Assembly: GCA_021785405.1 (NCBI GenBank)
Contig: JAJYFF010000005.1
Coordinates: 23,738 to 87,737 of the forward strand
DNA length: 64,000 nt
Direction of reading: 5' to 3'
DNA from: Pseudomonadota bacterium
GTDB lineage: Bacteria; Pseudomonadota; Gammaproteobacteria; Steroidobacterales; Steroidobacteraceae
How positions within the stretch are numbered: position 1 is the first letter of the stretch; every line of letters starts with the position of its first letter. The translations under genes and the position numbers were made by a program. Shown here piece after piece: positions 1 through 10,528 of this stretch. The notes under the pieces were generated by a model. The model worked only from the letters and a program-made list of their open reading frames with translations. It made no database searches and was not told where the DNA came from.

Positions 1-1404
1 GAACGTCCGCTCCAGATCGAGCGGACTCAGGATCTGCCGGCCCAGCACCGCTTGCTTGAAGTTCGGCGCGTACGAGTTCACGAGATCGATCATCACGTCG
101 GCGACCTGTTCGCGTCGATCGTCCCACGACGCCCCATCGGGCAGGACCGGCGCGACGTGCTGGCAGAACAGACTGGCGACATGTCGCCCCGGAGGCGCGA
201 GCGTGTCGTCGAGCGTCGACGGGATCAGCATCTCGACGATCGGTCGCTTCGACCATCCGTCGGCCTTCGCGTCGAGATAGGCCTGATCCATGTAGGCGAG
301 CGACGGCGCCATGATGATGCCCGCCGTGTGGTGCTCGGCGCAGTCGCGTCCGGGAAGGGCCGTGAAATCCGGCAACTCCGCGAGCGCGACGTTCATGCGG
401 AACGTCCCGGAGCCGCACCGCCAGCGTTCGATGCGCGCGCGGAAATCCGGGTCGAGCGCGTTCGGGTCGATCATCGAGCCGAACAACAGCTTCGGATTCA
501 AGTTCGACACCACGCAACCGGCGCGAATCTCCTCGCCGGTCGCGGTGACGACGCCGACCGCCCGTCCGTCGGCGATCCGTACTTCGCGTACCGCCTGGCC
601 GAGCCGGATCACGACGCCGCGCCGCTCCGCGGCCCGCGCCATCGCCTGGGTGATCGAGCCCATCCCGCCGATCGCGTGGCCCCAGACGCCTTTCTTGCCG
701 TTGACCTCGCCGAACACGTGGTGCAGCAGCACGTACGCGGAGCCGCCGGCGTAGGGGCTCGCATAATTGCCGACGATCCCGTCGAAGCCGTACGCCGCCT
801 TGATCGGCGCGCTCTCGAACCACCCGTCGAGATAGTCGCCGGCAGACTTCACGAACAGGTCGAGCAGTTCCCTGCGCAGCGGCATCGTCAACCGCGAAAA
901 ACGCTTGCCGACGCGGGCACCGCTCAGCATCTGCGGTAGCGCGGCCAGCCAGCCCCGATCGGTGACGTTCGGGGGCGTCTCCAGCACCAGGTCGCGCAGC
1001 ACGTCGGCGATCGCATCGAGCCGCTCGGCGTACGCGTCCAGGCGCGCCGCATCGCGCGGCGAGAACTTCGCGACCTCCTCGGCCGTGCGTCCGCCGCCGA
1101 CCTTCAGATAACCCGCGTCGCCGAGCGGCAGGAAGTTCGAGATCCGCCGCTCGACGATCCGTAAGCCGTGCTCGGCGAGCTCGAGGTCCCGGATCACCTT
1201 CGGATTCAGCAACGACACGGTGTACGCGGCGACCGAGTTGCGGAATCCCGGCACGAACTCCTCGGTGACCGCCGCACCGCCGACCACGTCGCGTCGCTCG
1301 AGTACCGCGACCCGCAGTCCGGCGGCACCCAGGTACGCGGCACAGACCAGACCGTTGTGCCCGCCGCCGATGATCACGACGTCGAACGCGTGGGATTCAC
1401 TCAT
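1..1404 (-). CDS. NAD(P)/FAD-dependent oxidoreductase, phytoene-desaturase (CrtI)-like; 3' end runs off the window
   Basis: Not in the ORF track because it stays open to the window edge. My translation from the ATG (complement of 1402-1404) gives MSESHAFDVVIIGGGHNGLVCAAYLGAAGLRVAVLERRDVVGGAAVTEEF..., with a GxGxxG dinucleotide-binding N-terminus. A GAGGAG RBS (complement of 1414-1419) lies 9 nt upstream. Confidence 0.75.
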   Translation of the reverse strand, partial: MSESHAFDVVIIGGGHNGLVCAAYLGAAGLRVAVLERRDVVGGAAVTEEFVPGFRNSVAAYTVSLLNPKVIRDLELAEHGLRIVERRISNFLPLGDAGYLKVGGGRTAEEVAKFSPRDAARLDAYAERLDAIADVLRDLVLETPPNVTDRGWLAALPQMLSGARVGKRFSRLTMPLRRELLDLFVKSAGDYLDGWFESAPIKAAYGFDGIVGNYASPYAGGSAYVLLHHVFGEVNGKKGVWGHAIGGMGSITQAMARAAERRGVVIRLGQAVREVRIADGRAVGVVTATGEEIRAGCVVSNLNPKLLFGSMIDPNALDPDFRARIERWRCGSGTFRMNVALAELPDFTALPGRDCAEHHTAGIIMAPSLAYMDQAYLDAKADGWSKRPIVEMLIPSTLDDTLAPPGRHVASLFCQHVAPVLPDGASWDDRREQVADVMIDLVNSYAPNFKQAVLGRQILSPLDLERTF

Positions 1405-1417
1405 GATTCCGATCTCC

Positions 1418-2071
1418 TCAGGACGGTCGTCGCCGCCGTGCTTGCAACAATTGCGGCAACGCCCCGCCGCACAACGCGTCGACCCAGCTCTCGCAGAGCA
1501 TCACCGCCTCGGCGGGGCGGAAGGTCCCCGGGCTCAGGCACAGCTCGATCCATAGGCCGTCGAGCAGCGCCGACAGTGCGATCGCGGCGGGTCGCGCCCG
1601 CACGCGCACCCCGCGATCGCGGCCGACCGCCTGCAGCAGACCGCCGAGGTTCGACCGGTAGCGACGATAGGTTCGGTCGTGCACCGCGCGCATCGCCGGC
1701 GTGCGCATCACCATGCTCCAGAAGACCAGCCACACGTTGAGGATCCGCGGTTCGAGGATCGACGGCGCGAACGAGGCGCGGATGAAGGCGCTGACGCGCT
1801 CGCGCGGCGACCCGCCGCCGCGCGCGGAATCCCGATACAGGGTCTCCTGCAGCTCGATCGCGAGCGTCTCGTAGGCGGCGGCGATCAGCCGCGCCTTGTT
1901 GCGGAAATGGTGACTGATCAGGCCGCTCGACACGCCCGCGATCGCGCTGATCCGGCGAATCGACGCGCCGTCCCGCCCGTGGCGCTCGAGGCTGCGCAAG
2001 GTGGCGTCGATCAACGATCGGCGCCGTACGGCAGCGCTCTCGCGCCGAAATTTCGGTGCGCTACCGCCCAC
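1418..2071 (-). CDS. TetR/AcrR-family transcriptional regulator
   Basis: 217-aa ORF. The N-terminal HTH region ...LIDATLRSLERHGRDGASIRRISAIAGVSSGLISHHFRNKARL is typical of TetR. Its start overlaps the stop of the upstream gene. Confidence 0.85.
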   Translation of the reverse strand: MGGSAPKFRRESAAVRRRSLIDATLRSLERHGRDGASIRRISAIAGVSSGLISHHFRNKARLIAAAYETLAIELQETLYRDSARGGGSPRERVSAFIRASFAPSILEPRILNVWLVFWSMVMRTPAMRAVHDRTYRRYRSNLGGLLQAVGRDRGVRVRARPAAIALSALLDGLWIELCLSPGTFRPAEAVMLCESWVDALCGGALPQLLQARRRRPS

Positions 2072-4133
2072 GATTCAGCGGGAAGTCGCGCAGGTACGGC
2101 GCCGCGGCCGGTGCGGCGTCGAGCTCGCGCGCGTACCGGTGTCCCGAATGCACCGCATGCACGATCGCCCCGGGCGCCAGCGCGTCGCCGACGCGGCTCA
2201 CCGAACGGATGCCGGCGCGTGCGAATTCTCCGCTCCTCGCGAGCAACTCCCGATACAGCTCGTCGCGCGGCTCGCGCACGCCGACGATCACGAGCGAGCG
2301 GCACGGGATCCGGCGCTGCGCGTCCGTGAACACGTCCGCGAGCGTGATCTCTTCGCCGTCGAACCCGACGACCCGGCGCAAGGTGTGGATCGTGACGCCG
2401 GCCGATCCGAGCGCGCGATGCACCAGCGGCTGCTCGTTGGTCATGAACGTCCACGCGGACGCGTGGCCCGCCGTCGTGACGTAATGGGTCTCGACCTCCT
2501 GCCGCGCGAGCCGCTCGGCGATCGCTCCCCCGAGGTAGTAGTTGTCGAAATCGAACACGACGGTCGGCCCTGCCGGGATCGTGCCGGCGGCGATGTCGTC
2601 CGGCGTGTACACGCGCGGCGCATCGAACGGCTCGGTCGGGAATTCGATGGTCGCGTACAACATCCGTGTCCAGCGCGCGCCCGTCGCGATCACGACGTGG
2701 GCGTGCTCCGACCCGAGAACGTCGTCAGCGGTGAGCGAGCTGCCGGGAAACAGGCTCACGTTCGCGCGTCCGCGGAGCTGTCCGAGACGCCAGTCGGCGA
2801 CCCTTCCCCAGGTCGACAGTCCCGGCAGGCTGGTCTCGAAGCGCAGTCGACCGCCGAATTCCGCGGCCGCATCGGCGACCGTCACGCGATAGCCCCGGCG
2901 TGCGAGCGTGACCGCGCATTCGAGTCCCGCCGGACCGCCGCCGACGATCAGGATCGAACTCTCGCTCGCTGCCGGCTCGACGCGCTCCGGATGCCAGCCG
3001 CGCCGCCATTCTTCGCCGGCGGTCGGGTTCTGCGTGCATCGCACCGGCACGCCGTCGTGCCAACTGGAGATGCAGATGTTGCAGCCGATGCATTCGCGGA
3101 TCTCGTGTTCGCGGCCCTCGTCGATCTTGCGAGGGAGGAACGGGTCGGCGATCGACGGTCGCGCGCCGCCGATCAGGTCGAGCACGCCGCGGCGAATCTG
3201 CGAGACCATGAAATCCGGCGACGTGAAGCGGCCGACGCCGACGACGGGCTTCTTCGTCAGCTTCTTCACGAATTCGATCACCGGCTCGTGGCTGCCCTCG
3301 GCGGAGAACCGCGACGGCGCGCAGTCGGTCGGGCTCGAATCCATCTTCACGTCCCACAGGTCGGGCACGTCCGCCAGCGACTCGACCACCTCGTGCGCCT
3401 CCGAGGGCGCATGCGTACCCGGTTTGGCGCGCAATTCCTCGAGGCTGATCCGCAGCGCGACCGCGCACCGCCCGCCGACCGCGTCGCGCGTGACTTCGAG
3501 CATCTCGCGGACCAGGCGCGTCCGGTTTGCGATCGATCCGCCGTACTCGTCGGTGCGCCGATTGTATTCCGGCAACAGGAACTCGTAGGGCAGATAGCCC
3601 ATGCCGGCGTAGACGTAGACGATGTCGAAGCCGGCGGCGACCGCGCGCCGCGCGGCGTCGGCCTGCCAGCGCAACAGCTCGCCGATGTCGGCCCGATCCA
3701 TCGCCCGCGGCCGAAGGTTTCCCATGAACCCGAGGTGCGTCGACAGCCACGGCATCCCGGACGGCGACAACGGCGGGAGGCGGCTGGTCCGGTTCATCGT
3801 GATCGCGCCGCCGTGCCACAGCTCGACGCCGGCCAGCGAGCCGTGGCGGTGCACCGCCTCGGTCATCACCGCGTGCGCACGCACGTCCGCGTCGTCCCAG
3901 AGCGACGCGAACGGCAACGGCGCATCGTCCGAGCTCGGATGGATCGACACGGCACCGGTGCAGACGACGCCCCAGCCGCCCTCGGCCTTGGTTTCGCGGA
4001 ACTTCGCCCGGACGTGGGGCAGGGCGTTGGTCATGCCGCTCGCGTGCGGCACTTGATAGAAGCGATTCGGTGCGGTGACCGGGCCGATTCGAACCGGCTC
4101 GAACAGGACGTCGAAGCGTGGGTTGCGCGGCAT
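2061..4133 (-). CDS. FMN/4Fe-4S/ADP-binding flavoprotein of the trimethylamine/dimethylamine/histamine dehydrogenase and 2,4-dienoyl-CoA reductase family
   Basis: ORF 2061..4160. The likely start is MPRNPRFDVLFEP (ATG is the complement of 4131-4133). It has an OYE-like N-terminal domain, the Cys cluster CIGCNICISSW, and a Rossmann motif ILIVGGGPAGLE. Confidence 0.85.
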   Translation of the reverse strand: MPRNPRFDVLFEPVRIGPVTAPNRFYQVPHASGMTNALPHVRAKFRETKAEGGWGVVCTGAVSIHPSSDDAPLPFASLWDDADVRAHAVMTEAVHRHGSLAGVELWHGGAITMNRTSRLPPLSPSGMPWLSTHLGFMGNLRPRAMDRADIGELLRWQADAARRAVAAGFDIVYVYAGMGYLPYEFLLPEYNRRTDEYGGSIANRTRLVREMLEVTRDAVGGRCAVALRISLEELRAKPGTHAPSEAHEVVESLADVPDLWDVKMDSSPTDCAPSRFSAEGSHEPVIEFVKKLTKKPVVGVGRFTSPDFMVSQIRRGVLDLIGGARPSIADPFLPRKIDEGREHEIRECIGCNICISSWHDGVPVRCTQNPTAGEEWRRGWHPERVEPAASESSILIVGGGPAGLECAVTLARRGYRVTVADAAAEFGGRLRFETSLPGLSTWGRVADWRLGQLRGRANVSLFPGSSLTADDVLGSEHAHVVIATGARWTRMLYATIEFPTEPFDAPRVYTPDDIAAGTIPAGPTVVFDFDNYYLGGAIAERLARQEVETHYVTTAGHASAWTFMTNEQPLVHRALGSAGVTIHTLRRVVGFDGEEITLADVFTDAQRRIPCRSLVIVGVREPRDELYRELLARSGEFARAGIRSVSRVGDALAPGAIVHAVHSGHRYARELDAAPAAAPYLRDFPLNRGR

Positions 4134-4299
4134 GCAGCATGAACCTCGAGGTGCCCGCACCCGGCGCCCACCGCCGCGGCCCGACGAGCGGTCGCAGCCT
4201 AATTGATCGAACGTCCAGTAGCAAGGCGAGGCGCGTCGCCCGTCGCCGTGTGGCTATAATCGACCGCCTCCCCAACGAGCGACGGCGGCGCCGACCCAC

Positions 4300-5625
4300 G
4301 TGACGAAGACATCGCCGGAAATCCACACCTCGCGGTCGGTCGCGTTGCGACTCGCGCCGCCGCTCGCGAGCACCGGCCTCAGCATGATGGGCGCCGGCTT
4401 GCTCGCCGCCTTGCTGCCGCTGCGGTACTCGGCGGCCGGCCTGTCGTCGGCGACCATCGGGTTGCTGGGCAGCGCCGAGGGCCTGGGCTTCCTGGTCGGC
4501 TGCCTGCACGCGCACCGGATCATCGCGTCGGTCGGATCGGAGCGCGCGTACGCGACCTTCGCCGGTCTGAAGTCGGTCGCGATCCTCGGCCTGTTCTTCG
4601 CCGGCGGTGTGCCGGCGATCGCCGTCCTGCGATTCCTGATCGGACTGAACGCCGCCGGTCTGTCGGTCGTCGTCGAGAGCTGGCTCAATGCGCTGTCGCC
4701 GAACGAGCAACGCGGGCGCATCCTCACGGTCTACGTGCTGGTGTACGGCTTGTGCTTCGGGCTCGGCGAGATCCTCGGCCGCGACCTGAATGCGAGCGGT
4801 CCGCAACTGCTACTGATCGCAGGCATCCTGACGACGCTCGGGCTGGTACCGATGGCGGCGATCGAAGTGCGCGCGCCGGCGCGGACGCATCGCGTGAACC
4901 TGCAGATCGCGAAAGCGCTGCGCACGTCGCCGGTCAGCGTGCTCGCGTGTCTGCTGAACGGCCTGGTGCTGACCGCGTTCACGACCGCGGGTCCCCTGTT
5001 CGGCCAGCGGCTCGGCCTCGACCAGGCGCGCATCGTGCTGCTGATGGCGAGCTTTTCGATGGGTAGCCTGCTGCTGCAATGGCCGATCGGCTATCTTTCC
5101 GACCGCATCGACCGGCTGTACGCGCTGATCGGTCTCGGCGCGGCGATACTCGGCGTCGCCGGTCTGCTGATCGGGGTGAGTGGTCGCACGCCGTTCGTCG
5201 TGCTCGTGGTCATGCTCGCGGTGTTCGGTGGTCTCGGCGAGAGTCTGTATGCGGTCGGCGTCGCGCATGCGAACGATCGTGCGCCGTCGAGCGATTACGT
5301 CGCGCTGTCCTCGACGCTGTTGTTCGTCTGGGCGCTCGGTGCGGCCATCGGGCCGACGACGGGGACGATCGCGATCGAGCGGAGCCGGCCGAGCGCGTTC
5401 TTCGGCTACGTGTTCGGCTTGACCGCGTTATTCACCGCGTTCGCGCTGTGGCGGCTGGTGCGGAGGCGGGCGGGACCCGTCGAGGAGGTCCGCGAGGAGT
5501 TCTTGACCTATCCGCAGACGTCGCCGGAGATCTACTCGTGGATCCCGTACCATCGCGGCGGCTCCGATGCCGCGGAGACGCCGCCGGGTGGCGCGGGAGC
5601 CGCGCCGCCGGACTCGCCGCCCTGA
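4300..5625 (+). CDS. MFS transporter
   Basis: 441-aa polytopic hydrophobic protein with an MFS-like repeat architecture. GTG start as given in the track. Confidence 0.8.
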   Translation: MTKTSPEIHTSRSVALRLAPPLASTGLSMMGAGLLAALLPLRYSAAGLSSATIGLLGSAEGLGFLVGCLHAHRIIASVGSERAYATFAGLKSVAILGLFFAGGVPAIAVLRFLIGLNAAGLSVVVESWLNALSPNEQRGRILTVYVLVYGLCFGLGEILGRDLNASGPQLLLIAGILTTLGLVPMAAIEVRAPARTHRVNLQIAKALRTSPVSVLACLLNGLVLTAFTTAGPLFGQRLGLDQARIVLLMASFSMGSLLLQWPIGYLSDRIDRLYALIGLGAAILGVAGLLIGVSGRTPFVVLVVMLAVFGGLGESLYAVGVAHANDRAPSSDYVALSSTLLFVWALGAAIGPTTGTIAIERSRPSAFFGYVFGLTALFTAFALWRLVRRRAGPVEEVREEFLTYPQTSPEIYSWIPYHRGGSDAAETPPGGAGAAPPDSPP

Positions 5626-5648
5626 GGGCCCCGCGATCCGGGGCCCTC
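5624..5648. terminator. GC-rich hairpin between convergent genes (possible bidirectional terminator)
   Basis: GAGGGCCCCG-cgatc-CGGGGCCCTC forms a perfect 10-bp stem. It begins at the MFS stop codon and lies 30 nt from the ald stop. There is no U-tract. Confidence 0.4.
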
Positions 5649-5677
5649 GGGGGACGATGGGTGCGAACCGACGGGGA

Positions 5678-6781
5678 TCAGCGCAACGGACGGCACTCGA
5701 CGCCGAGCGCGCGGGCGACCGCCTCGTGCGTGATGTGGCCGGCCAGGACGTTCAACCCTTGCGCGAGCCCATGGTCGCGCGCGAGCGCTTCGCGCCATCC
5801 GTAGTCCGCGATCGCCTTCACGTAGGGGAGCGTCGCGTTCGTCAGCGCGAACGTCGAGGTGCGCGGCACCGCCCCCGGCATGTTGGTCACGCAGTAATGG
5901 ATCACGCCGTCCTCGATGAACGTCGGGTCCGCGTGCGTCGTCGGGCGGCTCGTCTCGAAGCAGCCGCCCTGGTCGATCGCGATGTCGACGAGCACGGCGC
6001 CGGCCTTCATCGTCCGGACCATGTCGCGCGTGACCAGCTTCGGTGCCGCCGCGCCGGCGATCAGCACCGCGCCGATCACCAGGTCCGCGTCACGGACGAG
6101 TTCCTCGATCGCGTGTGCGGTCGAGTACTGGGTCTTCAACTGGTTGCCGAAGATCGCCGACAGTTCGCGCAGGCGCTTCACGGACCGATCGACGACCGTG
6201 ACGTCGGCGCGCAGGCCGACGGCCATCTCGGCCGCGTGGGTACCGGAGACGCCGCCGCCGAGCACCACGACCTTCGCGGGCGCGACGCCGGGGACTCCGC
6301 CGAGCAGCACGCCGAAGCCGCCGTTCGCCTTCTGCAGGCAGGTGGCGCCGACCTGCACCGACATCCGCCCCGCGACTTCGCTCATCGGCGTCAGCAGCGG
6401 CAACGACCCGTCCGGCACCGTCACGGTCTCGTAGGCAATTGCGGTCGTGCCCGATTTCATCAGCGCGAGCGCTTGGTCGCGATCGGCCGCGAGATGCAGG
6501 TAGGTGAACAGGATCTGGTCCGCCCGCAGCATCCGGCACTCCGCCAGTTGCGGCTCCTTGACCTTGACGATCAGTTCCGCGCCCGCGAAGACCTGCTCCG
6601 CGTTCGCTGCGATGCTCGCGCCCGCCGCGCGGTAATGCGAGTCGTCGAAGCCGATGCCGGCGCCCGCGCCGGTCTCGATCACGACCTCGTGCCCTGCTCG
6701 CACGAGCTCCGCGACGCCGGCCGGAACGAGGCCGACGCGGTATTCATGGACTTTGATCTCTTTGGGTACGCCGATTTTCAT
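5678..6781 (-). CDS. ald: alanine dehydrogenase
   Basis: [45 protein letters not shown]... is a canonical Ald N-terminus, and [10 protein letters not shown] is the NAD-binding motif. Confidence 0.92.
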   Translation of the reverse strand: MKIGVPKEIKVHEYRVGLVPAGVAELVRAGHEVVIETGAGAGIGFDDSHYRAAGASIAANAEQVFAGAELIVKVKEPQLAECRMLRADQILFTYLHLAADRDQALALMKSGTTAIAYETVTVPDGSLPLLTPMSEVAGRMSVQVGATCLQKANGGFGVLLGGVPGVAPAKVVVLGGGVSGTHAAEMAVGLRADVTVVDRSVKRLRELSAIFGNQLKTQYSTAHAIEELVRDADLVIGAVLIAGAAAPKLVTRDMVRTMKAGAVLVDIAIDQGGCFETSRPTTHADPTFIEDGVIHYCVTNMPGAVPRTSTFALTNATLPYVKAIADYGWREALARDHGLAQGLNVLAGHITHEAVARALGVECRPLR

Positions 6782-6933
6782 GGATGCCGCTCCCCCGAAG
6801 GTCGGTGATTCGAAAAAACCGCGGGTAGCTTACGGATCCGCGAAGTAGGGGATCTGCGAAATCGGCGCCGATCGGTGCTCGGAACGGAAGAAAATTCGAC
6901 TGGATGATGATTTTGTGCAATAAAATGCGAATC

Positions 6934-7395
6934 ATGAAGCTCGATCGCTACGACCGCGCGATTCTTCGCGCGCTCCAACTGGACGGCCGCATCACCAACA
7001 ACCGGCTCGCAGAATCCGTGAACCTGTCCGAGTCCGCGTGCCTGCGCCGCGTGCGGGCGCTCGAGGAGGCGGGGTTCATCGAGGGCTACACCGCGCTGAT
7101 CAATCAGCAAAAGGCTGGGTGCCCGTTGAACGTCTTCGTGAACATCACGCTCGAGCGGCAGGAGCAGGCGCAGTTGCGCGCGTTCGAGGAAGCGGTGCGC
7201 CGAGTGCCCGAGGTCATGGAGTGCTACCTGATGTCCGGCGAATACGATTATCTGTTGCGCGTCGTGCTCGCCGATACCGCGGACTTCGAGCGCCTCCATA
7301 GCCAGCATCTCACGCGCTTGCCGAACGTCGCGCGCGTGCATTCCTCGTTCGCGCTGCGCACGGTCCAGAAGTCGCGGGAATTGCCGGTGCGTTGA
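6934..7395 (+). CDS. lrp: Lrp/AsnC-family transcriptional regulator
   Basis: MKLDRYDRAILRALQLDGRITNNRLAESVNLSESACLRRVRALEEAGFI... The gene is divergent from ald, which is the classic ald/Lrp-type arrangement. The internal ATG at 6934 is preferred over the track start at 6904. Confidence 0.88.
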   Translation: MKLDRYDRAILRALQLDGRITNNRLAESVNLSESACLRRVRALEEAGFIEGYTALINQQKAGCPLNVFVNITLERQEQAQLRAFEEAVRRVPEVMECYLMSGEYDYLLRVVLADTADFERLHSQHLTRLPNVARVHSSFALRTVQKSRELPVR

Positions 7396-7400
7396 CCGCG

Positions 7401-7420
7401 GCCCGGCCCGGCCCGGCCCG
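7401..7420. repeat. pentanucleotide microsatellite (GCCCG)x4 in a convergent intergenic spacer
   Basis: gcccggcccggcccggcccg is read directly. It is followed by a GCGGCC-gcga-GGCCGC hairpin (7422-7437). Confidence 0.6.
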
Positions 7421-7447
7421 GCGCGGCCGCGAGGCCGCGGCCCGGAC

Positions 7448-9622
7448 TCAGCGCGGCCGTGGCATCGTGCCGAGCTCGCGCGCGAGCAAGCGCCGCCAGC
7501 GCCGCTCCTCGCTCGTGGTCGGCGCACCGAGCGCCATCCGCTCGAGGTAGGGCTCGACGCCTTCCGGGATGCGCCGCTGCACCAGGCTCGCGAGCAGCGC
7601 GCGAAATTTGCCGCCGATCCCGGCCGTCCGCCGGGCGAGCTTGCCGAGCGCGTCGGCGAGCACGATCTCCTCGCGAGTCAAGTCGGTCCCGAACGGAAAT
7701 TCCGAGAACAGGCCGCGCGCGCGCGGCAGCAGGAAATGCTCGGCGAGCGCCCGGGGCGTATTGCGGCGGTGGACGTCCGGGATCCGGTAATCGCGCGAGA
7801 TCTTGCCGGCCGCCTGCGCCTCGCGCAGGAGCGAGTCCTGGAACCGCGAATCCGCGATGTTGAGCATCGCGGCGATCACGTCCTGATCCGATCGGCCGCG
7901 CAGGTCGGCGACGCCGTACTCGGTCACGACGAGGTCGCGCAAATGGCGCGGGATCGTCACGTGCCCATAGTTCCAGACCAGGTTCGACGTCACGCGGCCT
8001 CCGTGCTCGCGGGTGCTGCGTACCGCGATGATCGAGCGCGCGTCGGGCAGCGCGTGCGCCATCGCGACGAAGTTGTACTGCCCGCCGACGCCGCTCACCA
8101 CGCGCCCGTCGGCGAGGCCGTCCGACACCGCGGCGCCCAGCAGCGTCGCCATCATCGCGGTGTTCACGAATCGCCCGCGGGCGCGCTGGGCGACCTTGAG
8201 CGCACGGTCCGCGTCGTCGATTCGATTGGTGAACTCGACGCCGCACATCGGGAACTGGCGCCGCTCGTCCTCCGGCATCTCGCGCAACGCGGCGTAGAAG
8301 CCGCGCGATCCGAGGAAGAACGCGGCGTGTGACAGCACGCCGCCGCGCAGCCGGCGGCCGCAGCAGGTCGCGACCATCCGGTCCACGCAGCGTGGGTCGT
8401 CGAGGCGCGCGGCGACGTCCTCGCCATCGGGGCCGAGCAGCCGACCGTCCAGGTAACGGCATTCGGCGCGAAACACGCCGAGCCGTTGCAGGATGCCGAA
8501 GTCGTGCATCGTCAGCGGACTCGCGAAGCCGGCGCCCGCCAACGCCCGCAGGAACGCGGCGTCCACGGATTCGCCGACCGCGCCCGCGTCGATGAGTTGC
8601 TGGACCCGGACGTCGTCGTACACCCGACGCCGCAGGATCCCCGCACGGTAGAGCTCGAGGAATCCGTCGAGGAACATCTCGGTGCAGGCGTACAAGCCGG
8701 TCTCGAACGGGGCGTCGCCGCCGATCGCCGCCGGCGCCGTCCCGAAGCGCTCCGGCGAGCGCATCAGCCGGTGGATCTCGCGGAATTCCTCGTTCCGCTG
8801 GTGCCGCAGTTGCAGCGCGTAGACCACCGCGTCGCCGATTTCGCCGATCCCCAGTTGCAAGGTGCCGGCATCGGCGACGAGTCGTGCGGCGTGCAACCCG
8901 ATCGCGTGGTCGACGGTCGATAGCCGCGGGTTCGGCGGCGAGAACAGATCGGTATCGTACCGCGGGTGCTCGACGAGGAAGTCGAACTGCTCGGCGCCGA
9001 CCACGGCCGGCCCGAACGTGAACGGCATCTGCCGGTTCGGCGCGCCGATCACCACGAGGGCCCCCGCCTCGCGCTGCGCCGAGAGGTGCCGCAGCAGCTC
9101 GAGCGTGAGATCCGGGTTCGACCCGAGGCTGTACTCGGCGCCTCCCGGCGCCGACCGCTTCGCGATCAGCTGCGCGATCACGTTCACGCCCCGGTTCGCG
9201 AGATCCCGGGCGACCTGGGTGTAATTGCTGCTGATGTAATGTCGCTGGGCATGCGGCGAATCGAGGAACGCGCCCGGGTCGAGGAAGAATTCGACGATCT
9301 CGACGTTCTCCGGGACGCTGCCGGAGTGCAGATCCGCGACGTAGTCGAGCGGGACGAAGTCGCCGAATACCCGTTCGACGAGCGGCGCCAGGAAGCGGCG
9401 CTCGAGTTCGCTGCGGGCCCGCGGCAACGCCAGGCTCAGCGCGGTGAATATCCGCAGGTGGATCGATCGGTCGCGACGAGCGCGTCGGTAGAACTCGTTC
9501 GCGATCGCGTGGGGTTTGCCGATGCCGAGCGGGAGCGCCAGGCCGATGCGGGGACCGACGCGCGCGAGCGTCGCCTCGACGCACTCGGCGACGTCGTCGA
9601 ACGGACGTGGATGACGGTCCAT
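7448..9622 (-). CDS. acetyl-CoA hydrolase/transferase family protein
   Basis: 724-aa ORF. The N-terminus ...RIGLALPLGIGKPHAIANEFYRRA... and the overall layout resemble the acetyl-CoA hydrolase/CoA-transferase family. Confidence 0.75.
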   Translation of the reverse strand: MDRHPRPFDDVAECVEATLARVGPRIGLALPLGIGKPHAIANEFYRRARRDRSIHLRIFTALSLALPRARSELERRFLAPLVERVFGDFVPLDYVADLHSGSVPENVEIVEFFLDPGAFLDSPHAQRHYISSNYTQVARDLANRGVNVIAQLIAKRSAPGGAEYSLGSNPDLTLELLRHLSAQREAGALVVIGAPNRQMPFTFGPAVVGAEQFDFLVEHPRYDTDLFSPPNPRLSTVDHAIGLHAARLVADAGTLQLGIGEIGDAVVYALQLRHQRNEEFREIHRLMRSPERFGTAPAAIGGDAPFETGLYACTEMFLDGFLELYRAGILRRRVYDDVRVQQLIDAGAVGESVDAAFLRALAGAGFASPLTMHDFGILQRLGVFRAECRYLDGRLLGPDGEDVAARLDDPRCVDRMVATCCGRRLRGGVLSHAAFFLGSRGFYAALREMPEDERRQFPMCGVEFTNRIDDADRALKVAQRARGRFVNTAMMATLLGAAVSDGLADGRVVSGVGGQYNFVAMAHALPDARSIIAVRSTREHGGRVTSNLVWNYGHVTIPRHLRDLVVTEYGVADLRGRSDQDVIAAMLNIADSRFQDSLLREAQAAGKISRDYRIPDVHRRNTPRALAEHFLLPRARGLFSEFPFGTDLTREEIVLADALGKLARRTAGIGGKFRALLASLVQRRIPEGVEPYLERMALGAPTTSEERRWRRLLARELGTMPRPR

Positions 9623-9805
9623 GGATCAGCGCGCCCGTTGCGCCGGGTTGCCGAACGCGACGGTCATGGCGCGGATGAATCCCTGATCGACATGCGGCTC
9701 CTCCGCGCCAACGCTCCCCCAGGACCCCAGTCTAGCAATTCGCGCCGCTGCGCGGCCCGACGATCCGCACCCCGTCCCCGGCCTCGCCGCGGATCGCGGC
9801 TGGCC

Positions 9806-10528
9806 TCAATCCGCCCGCAGGATCCGCATCGGCGTGCCTTCCAGTGCGGCGCATCGCAGCGCCACGGTCTCGCCACCCACGGTGTCCTCGCCGACCGAGA
9901 CACCGAGGGCGGTCAACGCGCTCGCCACGCGTCGGAGATCGTCGGATTCGAAGATCACCGTGGGACGCTGTATGCGTCGCGGATCGTACAGTCCGAGCGT
10001 CAAGGTATCGCTGGTGCAGACCGTGCAGGGTCCGAGCGGGCCGTCCTCGTCGAGGGCGACGAACCCGATGCGCTCCCAGTGGGCGCGCGAGGCGGCGAGA
10101 TCGCCCGCCGGCAGCGCGATCTCGCGGAAATAGCCGCAGGCGCTGCGACTCGCAGCCGGCGTCGGCGAGGGCGAGAAGGTCCGCGCCTCGACGAGCCGCA
10201 CCGGATTGCCGCCGGGGTCGCGCCACCCGATCTCGTTGAACACGTCGCCGCCGAGACGCCGCACCTCGAGGGACAGGCCGAGGGCTTCGTACCGATCGAG
10301 ATGCGTGAGCAGATCCGGTCGCACGAAGCTCACGCTCGGCTCGAGATCCTCGACGCCGTGCATCCCGATGCACAGACGGCCGTCCGTGGCCACGGCGTAC
10401 GGGTAGCGGCGCGTCTCGCCGACCTCGGCGAGCGCGAAGCCGAGGCTCGCATAGAACTCGCTCGCGGCCCGCAGGTCCTGCGCCGGAACCGACAGCTCGA
10501 GGAATCTCAGGTGATCCCGCCCACGCAC
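9806..10528 (-). CDS. VOC (glyoxalase/bleomycin-resistance/dioxygenase) family protein, two-domain
   Basis: Only the C-terminal ~240 aa of track ORF 9806..11497 looks like a real protein (LRFLELSVPAQDLRAASEFYASLGFALAEVG...). I propose a GTG start at the complement of 10526-10528, overlapping the end of gabD. Confidence 0.6.
   Translation of the reverse strand: MRGRDHLRFLELSVPAQDLRAASEFYASLGFALAEVGETRRYPYAVATDGRLCIGMHGVEDLEPSVSFVRPDLLTHLDRYEALGLSLEVRRLGGDVFNEIGWRDPGGNPVRLVEARTFSPSPTPAASRSACGYFREIALPAGDLAASRAHWERIGFVALDEDGPLGPCTVCTSDTLTLGLYDPRRIQRPTVIFESDDLRRVASALTALGVSVGEDTVGGETVALRCAALEGTPMRILRAD

Noticed and set aside
2001-4142. 713-aa plus-strand ORF (and 2725..4806 minus, 693 aa)
   Set aside because: These are antisense or off-frame relative to the TMADH-family flavoprotein and the MFS gene. 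Arg-rich junk composition.
7396-7447. (GCCCG)4 microsatellite plus GC hairpin as something functional beyond a terminator
   Set aside because: It is a short, GC-rich spacer between convergent stop codons. The simplest explanation is a terminator stem and slippage-prone filler.
7248-9584. 778-aa minus-strand ORF in an alternative frame
   Set aside because: It has the same strand as the acetyl-CoA hydrolase/transferase gene but a different frame. About one third of its residues are Arg. The 7448..9622 frame gives a globular, family-like protein.
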